In this document: in pieces, positions 56,874 through 64,000 of the stretch
Numbering within the stretch: position 1 is the stretch's first letter
Layout: each line of letters begins with the position of its first letter
Source of the DNA: an uncultured bacterium
GTDB taxonomy: Bacteria > Patescibacteriota > Saccharimonadia > UBA4664
Direction of reading: 5' to 3'
Length of the DNA: 64,000 nucleotides
Assembly: GCA_963720265.1 (NCBI GenBank)
Contig: CAVRET010000001.1
Span: 455,113-519,112 of the forward strand
The notes under the pieces: model-generated
What the model was told of the DNA's origin: nothing
The model's input: the letters and a program-made list of their open reading frames with translations, nothing else
The model's database searches: none
Translations under genes and position numbers: made by a program

Positions 56874-57016
56874 AAAGATCTATCAAGAGTGCGGCGAGGG
56901 ACCTAGCCCTGCGACCCGCCGGCAACCTGCGGAACTCGCAAGGTGCCACATCTAGCCCGGACCCGGGAAGATAGCATTTATGCGCCTTTCTTGCCGGATG
57001 TCCGGGAGAAAGGTTT
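56874..57016 (+). promoter_or_regulatory. SAM-I (S-box) riboswitch with terminator-type expression platform, directly upstream of metK
   Basis: The S-box core motifs are present: ATCAAGAGtGCGGCGAGGGAC...GCCC...CCCGCCGGCAACC...GGTGCCA...AAGATAG. The P1 closing helix is CTATC/GATAG. Then comes the hairpin CCTTTCTTGCCGGATGTCCGGGAGAAAGG followed by TTTTTT and, at 57020, the ATG. Confidence 0.8.
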
Positions 57017-57019
57017 TTT

Positions 57020-58177
57020 ATGTCATACCAAATGTTTGCCTCTGAGTCGGTGTGCGCCGGACACCCGGATAAACTGTGCGACCAGATTTCGGATGCGATT
57101 GTGGATGCACTGTTGGAGCAGGACCCACTGGCCCGAGCCGCCGTAGAGGCGGCTGTGACCCGAAACCGGGTGATGCTGCTTGGCGAGGTGTCAACGCGGG
57201 CGGCGGTAGATTACGAGGCGGTGGCGAGGGCGGAGATTCGCAGGCTCGGGTATACGAACCCTATGATCGGCTTTGATGACAAGGCCCAGATTGATGTGTA
57301 TATCGGCACCCAGTCAACTGAGATTGCAGCTGGAGTGGACGCCGATGGGGCCGGTGACCAAGGGATGATGTTTGGCTATGCCTGCCATGAAACCCCTGAA
57401 TATATGCCGCTTGCGATCATGTTGGCACACCGGCTGACACGAACGCTTGATGCGGCCCGGGAGTCGGGTGATTTACCTTATTTGCGGCCGGACGGCAAGG
57501 CGCAGACGGTAGTACGCTACGAGAATGAACGGCCGGTGGAGGTTGTGCACGTCACGATCGCTGCACCGCATGATGAAGCGGTGCTGCTTGAGACGGTGAG
57601 ACGCGATGTATACACACAGGTAGTGCAGCCGGCTCTGGCGGCGTACGGCTTTCACTTAGCACAGCGGAATTTGGTCGTCAACGGCACCGGAGTGTGGCAC
57701 GCGCCGGGGCCGGCGAGCGACGCTGGACTGACTGGGCGAAAAGTGGTGGTTGATGGTTACGGCGGTGTCGCCCGGGTGGGCGGCGGCGCCTTTAGCGGCA
57801 AAGATCCCACCAAGGTCGACCGTTCAGCGGCGTACGCCGCGAGGTATTTGGCCAAAAATATCGTGGCAGCCGGCCTGGCCGAGCGGGCCGAGGTAGCGCT
57901 CGCGTATGTGATTGGGCAGGCGCGGCCGGTCATGCAGACGGTTGAGACATTCGGGACCGAGGCCGTGCCATTATCCGAGATACAGGTGTTTATGGACAGC
58001 CTGCTCGATACGTCTGTGGCCGGAATTGTGACAGGTCTTAATTTGCGCCGGCCGATGTACCGGAATACGGCAGCGTATGGACATTTCGGGCGGACGGAAT
58101 TTCCGTGGGAGGCCGTTGTTAAAGATATAGGCAAGGAGTCGGACGGTGCGCCTGCCGGCATTCGGGTTTTGCGCTAA
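57020..58177 (+). CDS. metK: S-adenosylmethionine synthetase
   Basis: GAGDQGMMFGYA, GGGAFSGKDPTKVDRS, 385 aa. Confidence 0.9.
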   Translation: MSYQMFASESVCAGHPDKLCDQISDAIVDALLEQDPLARAAVEAAVTRNRVMLLGEVSTRAAVDYEAVARAEIRRLGYTNPMIGFDDKAQIDVYIGTQSTEIAAGVDADGAGDQGMMFGYACHETPEYMPLAIMLAHRLTRTLDAARESGDLPYLRPDGKAQTVVRYENERPVEVVHVTIAAPHDEAVLLETVRRDVYTQVVQPALAAYGFHLAQRNLVVNGTGVWHAPGPASDAGLTGRKVVVDGYGGVARVGGGAFSGKDPTKVDRSAAYAARYLAKNIVAAGLAERAEVALAYVIGQARPVMQTVETFGTEAVPLSEIQVFMDSLLDTSVAGIVTGLNLRRPMYRNTAAYGHFGRTEFPWEAVVKDIGKESDGAPAGIRVLR

Positions 58178-59016
58178 GCTACGGTCACACCGCTGAGGTC
58201 AGCTTTGGCGCCCTTGAGCAGGGCGTAGGTGATTTTGTCCATGGTGGCGCCGTCGAAATTGGCATCTTTGACCTCGGAGTGGTGGAACGAAAGATTGATC
58301 AGGTTAGCGCCTTTAAACATGGCGCGCTTGAGCGAAGTCGTATTAAAAGCGATGGTATCGAGTGTTAGGCCCTCGAACGACAACCCGGACAGATCAGAGC
58401 TCGTGAACTCAGTTTTGATAAGCGTAGTACCGCTTAATGTCGCGCCCCGCAAGGCCGAGGACTTGAACGTGGCAGCGGTGAGATTAGCACCGGTGAAATT
58501 GGTGTTTTGGAGGTCGCTGCCGGCAAACGAAGCGCCCTCAAGATTGGCGTTCACAAACGATGTGTCCTTAAGTGCGGCAGCTCGGAATTTGGCGCGGCTA
58601 AGATTCGAGCGATCGAAGTTGGAACCTTTCAGCTGACTCATGCTGAAGTCGGCGCCAGACAAATCGGAATCACTGAGGTCGCTGGTAGCAAGATCAGCGG
58701 TGGCAAATTTGGAATGGCTTTTCTTGGCCAAACGCAAGGTCTGCCTGAGTGACCTCTTTGATTCCTCGGTTGGCGTCTGCGGTTCGGCGGCGGCACTCGC
58801 AGACTGATGCGGGACGTGCTCCATGATTTCGGTGACATTACCAAACGACTCAATTGTTGCCCGGTAGGCTTCGTCGTCGCTCATGCCCTGGGCCTTAAAA
58901 TCGGCGTACTTTGCTTCAAGGTTGCTTTGCAGCTCGAGCAATACGTCGGTACGCGACGGGAAGTTGCCGTAGGGCGAAAATTGCTGGGCTAAGAAGGTTT
59001 GTAATTGCTTTTCCAT
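58174..59016 (-). CDS. HAAS-like N-terminal helical domain fused to pentapeptide-repeat domain
   Basis: The N-terminus (...TDVLLELQSNLEAKYADFKAQGMSDDEAYRATIESFGNVTEIMEH) resembles PadR-associated HAAS/DUF1048-type modules. The C-terminus carries ~30 tandem A(D/N)LxG pentapeptide repeats. It is the gene following padR on the same strand. Confidence 0.6.
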   Translation of the reverse strand: MEKQLQTFLAQQFSPYGNFPSRTDVLLELQSNLEAKYADFKAQGMSDDEAYRATIESFGNVTEIMEHVPHQSASAAAEPQTPTEESKRSLRQTLRLAKKSHSKFATADLATSDLSDSDLSGADFSMSQLKGSNFDRSNLSRAKFRAAALKDTSFVNANLEGASFAGSDLQNTNFTGANLTAATFKSSALRGATLSGTTLIKTEFTSSDLSGLSFEGLTLDTIAFNTTSLKRAMFKGANLINLSFHHSEVKDANFDGATMDKITYALLKGAKADLSGVTVA

Positions 59017-59029
59017 GGTGACTCCTTGG

Positions 59030-59377
59030 TTAAATTAATTGATCCAATATGCGTTTGGCAAAATCCCAGTTGTTCTTGTTGGCAAGGTAGAGCTCGCGGC
59101 CGCTTGTAGTAATGTGGTAATACTTGCGGCGGCCGCCCTGCGACTCATCGCCCCAGTACGAGGTGATGTGGCCGTCGGTCTCAAGACGCTTGAGGCTTGA
59201 ATACATGGTGGCTTCTTTGAGCTCGTAGAGATTGTTCGAGCGCTCACCAATGAGCTTAGTGATCTCGTAGCCGTATTTATCGCCGCTTTGGAGCAAGCCC
59301 AGGATAATCGTGTCGGTGTGGCCGCGCAGGAGGTCTGATGATAGTTGGGAGTTGGTCATAATTGGAATGTATATCAT
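59030..59377 (-). CDS. PadR family transcriptional regulator
   Basis: ...GHTDTIILGLLQSGDKYGYEITKLI...YSSLKRLETDGHITSYW... is a canonical PadR winged helix. Confidence 0.8.
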   Translation of the reverse strand: MIYIPIMTNSQLSSDLLRGHTDTIILGLLQSGDKYGYEITKLIGERSNNLYELKEATMYSSLKRLETDGHITSYWGDESQGGRRKYYHITTSGRELYLANKNNWDFAKRILDQLI

Positions 59378-59497
59378 ATTACTATGACTGTCAAGGTATT
59401 GTGACTGATACTCTGCGTTAGGCCTAGTATTTATTCTTTGTTTTCCGTTATAATTTGATTAGTTCAACCTATTTGCTGCAAAATTGCAACTCGAGAG

Positions 59498-60388
59498 GTG
59501 AGAACGTTGAGAGCTAAACTAAGCGCTACAACAGCCGAGCTACACGCCTTGACCGAGCTGATGAGCAGGAGCTTCCTCGGCGAGGGAAAGTGGTCCATGG
59601 TCTGGAAAATGTTGGCCCGCAATGGCGCGCCGTATGCCGTCAAGGTCGTGAGAGATGACCTATCGGCTAATGAGGCCGAATCGGCGAGAAGATACCTGCT
59701 TCACGAGATGGGCGTTTTGGCCCGGCTGAGCGGCCGGGTGGAAGGAATCCCCAGTTACCGCGGCGGGTATCCGGGAGTGCCCGCGCTTTGCCTCGAATAT
59801 GTCGAGGGCTCGAGCCTCGCATTGCTGGACCTCCACAATGAGGTGGTCCCGGTAGACCAGGCATGCGACGTTGGCAAGGATGCCGCACGGATTCTGGCTG
59901 AGATTCACCGCTTGGGCGCGATTCACGGCGACATCGGGCTGAGCAATGTCATGTTGACGGATGACGGGCGAACCTTCCTGGTCGACTTCGGAGGCTGCCG
60001 TATCCTCCCTGACAGTGAGCTTTTGCGCATGTCCCACATGCCGGAGCTCGTACCCCAAGCCGCCAGGCTTTGCAAGGGGTCTCCGGCCTTCGCGAGTCCG
60101 GAACGGGCACTTGGGCGCCCGGTAGTCCCGCGGTCTGACGTTTACTCGCTGGCCGCGATGCTCTACGTGATGATGACCGGTCAGCCGGTGTTCGGCGGTG
60201 CGGATAAGCTGACGGTGTACGCTCGGCATATCGCCGCAGTACCCCGTCCGATTTCTGAGCTCATGGATATACCGGCGGAGCTCGCCGGGATCATCATGGC
60301 CTGTCTGAGAAAGCAGGCGAAGCGGCGCCCGTCGGCCGCTCAGCTGGCCCAAGCGTTGGCAGAGTGGGCGAGCGCAGAAGCGGCTTGA
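59498..60388 (+). CDS. Serine/threonine protein kinase-like protein (HGD variant of the catalytic loop)
   Basis: VAIK-like YAVKVV, catalytic loop IHGDIGLSNVML, DFG (VDFGGC), APE-like ASPE; non-ATG (TTG) start likely. Confidence 0.6.
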   Translation: MRTLRAKLSATTAELHALTELMSRSFLGEGKWSMVWKMLARNGAPYAVKVVRDDLSANEAESARRYLLHEMGVLARLSGRVEGIPSYRGGYPGVPALCLEYVEGSSLALLDLHNEVVPVDQACDVGKDAARILAEIHRLGAIHGDIGLSNVMLTDDGRTFLVDFGGCRILPDSELLRMSHMPELVPQAARLCKGSPAFASPERALGRPVVPRSDVYSLAAMLYVMMTGQPVFGGADKLTVYARHIAAVPRPISELMDIPAELAGIIMACLRKQAKRRPSAAQLAQALAEWASAEAA

Positions 60389-60533
60389 CGTCGGCTCGCC
60401 GGCGGAGGTTTTCTGCGAAATGGCCAGGTCCGGCACTCTCGTGCCGGACCTGGCCATTGGCTTATTGACAACCATGGCGCCCAGATGTGACACTGAGTTT
60501 TACTAACAAGTGTGGGCGGTAAAGGAGGATGTT

Positions 60534-60944
60534 ATGGCTGTACAAAACAATAACCCCACGAGCTGGGTGGGTTGGGTCTATTTCGCCAGCTTTATGATGA
60601 TTTTGCTCGGGGTTTTACAGGGTATATCGGGGCTAGCCGGCATTTTCCACGGCTCATATTATCTTGTGACCCAATCTCATCTGCTCGTGTTTGATTTCCG
60701 GACCTGGGGCTGGATCAACCTCATTCTTGGCGTCATCATTTTGATCGCCGGGTTTGAGCTCTTACGCGGCGCCGTGTGGGCGCGGATTGTGGGCGTGTTT
60801 TTGGCGATTTTGAGCTTCGCCGCCAACATGAGCTTTATTAACGCCTACCCGATTTGGTCGATTATCATGATGATTGTAGATGTGCTGATCATCTATGGGC
60901 TCAGCGTGCACGGCGGTGAGCTTAGGGACCGGAATCAGTATTAG
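60534..60944 (+). CDS. Hypothetical membrane protein (4 TM)
   Basis: Start at MAVQNNNPTSWVGWVYFASFMMILLG; hydrophobic helices. Confidence 0.45.
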   Translation: MAVQNNNPTSWVGWVYFASFMMILLGVLQGISGLAGIFHGSYYLVTQSHLLVFDFRTWGWINLILGVIILIAGFELLRGAVWARIVGVFLAILSFAANMSFINAYPIWSIIMMIVDVLIIYGLSVHGGELRDRNQY

Positions 60945-61499
60945 TTAATACACATATGGAATAAACATTTTGGTGCGCTGCTTGTAGCTTAAGTATTCGC
61001 GGCCAAGCTCAGTACCGAGAAATGCTTCTTCTTGATAGCTGGCATAGATGAAATAGGCTGCCATGACCGCAAACGCCACGATGAGCAGGTACGAGACAGC
61101 CAGGAAGGTGCCAATTCCCGCAAGTAGTATACCGGAATAGATTGGGTGGCGGATCCAGCGGTAGGGACCCTTGGTAATGAGTTGCGGCCGCGATGACTGC
61201 GTCATGGGCATACCCCATTGGCGTGCCAAATATGCCCTAGCCCAGAAGGCGATGCCAATACCAAGTACTGTCATGGCTGCACCCAGCCAGCGCACCACAC
61301 TGCTGGCATATGCGGGCTGGGTCCAGTTAGCATCGGTAATGTGTGCAGCACCAATTACCGCCACAACAATTAACAAACGTACCCAAGCGCCTCTGGCCAG
61401 GGCCCGCGGTGAACCCGGCTGTCTGGCCGCTATGGCCGCGATGAGCCAAGCCACCACAAATGCGATCCAGCATAAGCCGACGATGGTGCGTATGATCAT
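60945..61499 (-). CDS. Isoprenylcysteine carboxyl methyltransferase (ICMT)/phospholipid methyltransferase family membrane protein
   Basis: ...RHPIYSGILLAGIGTFLAVSYLL... and C-terminal EE..LG.EY; 184 aa. Confidence 0.65.
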   Translation of the reverse strand: MIIRTIVGLCWIAFVVAWLIAAIAARQPGSPRALARGAWVRLLIVVAVIGAAHITDANWTQPAYASSVVRWLGAAMTVLGIGIAFWARAYLARQWGMPMTQSSRPQLITKGPYRWIRHPIYSGILLAGIGTFLAVSYLLIVAFAVMAAYFIYASYQEEAFLGTELGREYLSYKQRTKMFIPYVY

Positions 61500-61514
61500 A
61501 CCGGTATTGTACGA

Positions 61515-62447
61515 CTAAAATCCGAAGGCTCGCCACCACCGTTGCTGCGGGACCCGCGGGTAGCCGCCCCCTGTGGTGTAAGGGCTCGTGGTGTCTCTTT
61601 GCCAGCGGCCAATGCCCTCGCCGTGCCGGTACCAGTGGCCGGAAGGCGACTGACCGGAAGTTGAACTAGCCGAGGTGCGCGTAACCGTGAAGCCCCCACC
61701 GCCTGAGCTCCCGGAGACTGACACAAGGGCGAGGCCTGCTTGGCTCGCCATAGTGTAGGACTGGGCGCCGGCCTGGCTTAGGTTTTCGGCAGTGCCATCG
61801 GTGGTCGTGCTCGCATTGGTGAAGGTGACGCTACCGAAATTATCGAGCGGTACCTGGCCGGCGCCGTCTGAGGGGTCTTCTTCGATCCATTCGGCTGAAG
61901 AATTGGTGGAGTTGTAATAGGTTTGGGTTTCAAAGCTTTGGCCAGTGGTTGTATCGGTCAGTTGAATAGTCCACAATCCGGATCCATCTTGGCTTAAGCC
62001 GGCCTGCATGTGGTCGCCGGGGTTTACGGATATGGTTTGGATGGTGGTTTCAGAGTCCGGCAAAAGCTCATAGAAGGCGGTGGATTGGGTAGAGCCGTCG
62101 GGATTTACCTGGTCTTGGGTGCCAACTTGGATGAGGTCAGTTGAATCCATACCGCCAATGCCGATCCAGGCGGCGTCGGCGGAATCAGGGTCTGCGCTTG
62201 ATGCCTGCGGCACGGTCCAGGCGCCGGATACAGCAGTGTAGTTGCTTCCGGTGACCGCGTAACCTGACCAGTTGGCCGTGGTATTTTCGAGACCGCCGCC
62301 TGTGGCGTTCGTTTGCGGCGCCGGCTGCGTACCGGCCGTTGATACAACCAGGCCCGACCCACCGGTCGAAACATGCACGCTGGGGAGCGCACCTTTTACC
62401 AGTACGGCTGATGCCACGAGACTTATGAGAAGGAGAACTTTTGCCAT
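61515..62447 (-). CDS. Secreted peptidase G1 (eqolisin/scytalidoglutamic peptidase A4)-like protein
   Basis: Signal peptide MAKVLLLISLVASAVLV; motifs NWSGYAV, AAWIGIGG, AEWIEEDP resemble the glutamic peptidase family; Ser/Thr/Gly-rich C-terminal region. Confidence 0.55.
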   Translation of the reverse strand: MAKVLLLISLVASAVLVKGALPSVHVSTGGSGLVVSTAGTQPAPQTNATGGGLENTTANWSGYAVTGSNYTAVSGAWTVPQASSADPDSADAAWIGIGGMDSTDLIQVGTQDQVNPDGSTQSTAFYELLPDSETTIQTISVNPGDHMQAGLSQDGSGLWTIQLTDTTTGQSFETQTYYNSTNSSAEWIEEDPSDGAGQVPLDNFGSVTFTNASTTTDGTAENLSQAGAQSYTMASQAGLALVSVSGSSGGGGFTVTRTSASSTSGQSPSGHWYRHGEGIGRWQRDTTSPYTTGGGYPRVPQQRWWRAFGF

Positions 62448-62611
62448 AGCGGCATAACTGTAAGCCGCTTAGCTTAAAACAAGCTGGGCAAGCAATATGC
62501 GAGTGCCATAGATAATTCGAGTAGGCCAACTCCGGCAAGCGAACGCCCCCGCCGGCAGGCAACACCAGCGGTGACGTTGCTTGCCGGGCGGGGGCGGGAT
62601 TGGGACGGGTG

Positions 62612-63511
62612 CTAGACCTCAAGATGCTCGCGCATTTGGGGCGCACTGTACCCGTGGTAGGCGTCGGTTCCTCCCATGTGGTCCACCATCACGCCGAACT
62701 TCATGGTCATATCGCCATCCGACGGCGGCCCGAAGTCGAACCCGACCATGGCCAGCCGTCCGCCGGCTCCCCAGGCACCCAACGCGGTGATTGTCGCGGT
62801 AACCTGCTGCGCTTGCTCAAACGGTACCCCGATGAACAAGAGGGCCGCCGCCTTGGCCTCTTCGAGCGAGATCATGAAGGGCAGCTCGTCGGCCGGTGGC
62901 GTGGTGGCCAGGCGCACCCAGCCAATGATGCGGCCGGTGCCGTCTTGGAGACGGGCAACCAGGAAGACGTCGTAATAGCTGCTTTCGGCCATTTCCACCT
63001 CGACGGACTGGTCCGACGCGGCGACGAACGACGGCATCTGGCCGAGGACCGTTTGCTGGCCTTCGCGACGGTCGACGTCGGCTTCCAGGCCTACGAAGTC
63101 CAGCCGCTTGGTTGTGAATGCCATCACCATGACATCAGGCGGGACATTTACTCCGGACGGCCATTGGCTGCGGTCGAGCACGCTTGCGACCAGTTTTGCC
63201 CCGGTGATATGGCCTGGCGCCACGGGAGTGGCCCTTCCATCTACCGTGAGAACAAGGAGCTGTCTGAGGTCGACGGGCTCAGGGTCCACTGCAAGCGCGT
63301 GGGTGCGGCGCTCGGCAGCGGCCACTTCGTCGGCTTGGCGCCTCGCCCTGACCGCAGCGGTCAGTTCAGCCACTACCTCTTCGGCAACGAGCTCGTCGAC
63401 GCCTTGGGTATGCACGGCGATGGCGCGGTCGGCTTGAGTTCCGTCGTGGCGGTCCCAGTCTTGCGACACCGGCACGAGCACCACCACACTGCCCGAGCCA
63501 CGGCTGAACAC
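62612..63511 (-). CDS. Hypothetical protein (299 aa)
   Basis: Balanced composition; the overlapping plus ORF 62600..63727 is His/Arg-rich and antisense-like. Followed by an imperfect GC-rich hairpin at ~62565-62605. Confidence 0.45.
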   Translation of the reverse strand: MFSRGSGSVVVLVPVSQDWDRHDGTQADRAIAVHTQGVDELVAEEVVAELTAAVRARRQADEVAAAERRTHALAVDPEPVDLRQLLVLTVDGRATPVAPGHITGAKLVASVLDRSQWPSGVNVPPDVMVMAFTTKRLDFVGLEADVDRREGQQTVLGQMPSFVAASDQSVEVEMAESSYYDVFLVARLQDGTGRIIGWVRLATTPPADELPFMISLEEAKAAALLFIGVPFEQAQQVTATITALGAWGAGGRLAMVGFDFGPPSDGDMTMKFGVMVDHMGGTDAYHGYSAPQMREHLEV

Positions 63512-63621
63512 CGGGCCCCAGAACCAGTGGTATCCGTCCGATGTCTCTCCAGGGGCTCGTATGTGGATGTTGATGAACGTATATACTTTACAACTTTTTT
63601 TATAAATTACAAGCTACAACA

Positions 63622-63650
63622 AAAACGGGCTTTTGGCGCCCGTTTTTGCG
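63622..63650. terminator. Bidirectional intrinsic terminator AAAACGGGC-TTTTGGC-GCCCGTTTT flanked by A- and T-runs
   Basis: Seen directly. It is downstream of the minus-strand HxlR-like gene ending at 63791. Confidence 0.6.
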
Positions 63651-63790
63651 CGATAGTCTTTGAGTTGGATAGGTTCCCGCACGTACTCAAAGTGTGTATT
63701 CCACCTCACACCGTTTTGACTATCTGACCAAGTTGTATCACCTGTCGGTTTCAGTTTCAAGATGGTTATGCATTATGCCGCTTGGGTCGG

Positions 63791-64000
63791 CTACTCCCTC
63801 ACCACCGCTAGTTTGCCGCCGTGACGTTCGGTCTTGAGTTTCCCCCATTCGGCTAGCGCTTCGAGCAGCGGCACGAGTGTGCGGCCTTCTTTGGTTAGCG
63901 AGTACTCGACCCGAGGCGGGACGGTGCGGTGATCGTGGCGGTCGACAAAGCCGTCATTTTGGAGCTCGCGCAAGGCTTTGACCAGCATCTTTTCGCTCGT
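63791..64000 (-). CDS. HxlR-family transcriptional regulator, partial (N-terminus beyond window end)
   Basis: ...MLVKALRELQNDGFVDRHDHRTVPPRVEYSLTKEGRTLVPLLEALAEWG is the HxlR wing and C-terminal helix. Confidence 0.55.
   Translation of the reverse strand, partial: TSEKMLVKALRELQNDGFVDRHDHRTVPPRVEYSLTKEGRTLVPLLEALAEWGKLKTERHGGKLAVVRE

Noticed and set aside
59660-60493. 277-aa minus-strand ORF antisense to the kinase gene
   Set aside because: The kinase motifs on the plus strand are clear. The minus ORF is Arg-rich.
62600-63727. 375-aa plus-strand ORF
   Set aside because: His/Arg/Gly-rich with implausible composition. The minus-strand 299-aa ORF was preferred.

Overview
High-GC (~60%) bacterial chromosomal segment, densely packed with mostly minus-strand housekeeping genes. 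From the sequence I can support: tRNA-Leu(UAG), rsmD, recG, tyrS, a class A PBP, a PIN/TRAM protein, radA, clpC, nusA, tldD/pmbA, rnhB, rplS, a dnaE broken by two frameshifts, gatC-gatA...gatB, mscS, a NUDIX hydrolase, and metK behind a clear SAM-I riboswitch. Several enzyme families are F420/flavin-linked: three PNPOx-like split-barrel proteins, a Ddn-like deazaflavin nitroreductase and an FMN reductase. Their presence suggests an F420-using lineage (Actinobacteria- or Chloroflexi-like); this is inference only. One intact ~919-bp IS5/IS982-like insertion sequence sits 55 bp upstream of tyrS with 20-bp terminal inverted repeats and a 4-bp target duplication. The strongest candidate for an undescribed system lies in the unusually long clpC-proximal intergenic region. 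It holds two tandem paralogous 53-codon peptide genes with strong Shine-Dalgarno sites and a shared C-terminal LSSF(Q/N)AR(V/I) motif; differences between them at arginine codons are synonymous. They converge on a 607-aa HExxH-motif protein with a TPR-like tail that replaces the usual nusA-infB linkage, and TldD/TldE genes lie ~2.5 kb downstream of the HExxH gene. Other notable loci: a 4-gene, partly low-GC insertion splitting the gatCAB operon; a PadR-HAAS-pentapeptide-repeat cassette next to an atypical Ser/Thr kinase; an AMMECR1 + Memo-like pair lacking its radical SAM partner; ribosomal protein L19 with a long acidic tail; a perfect 13-bp inverted repeat with no assigned function; and likely leaderless divergent promoters with a palindromic operator at an hxlR gene. 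No CRISPR array, rRNA or additional tRNA was found.
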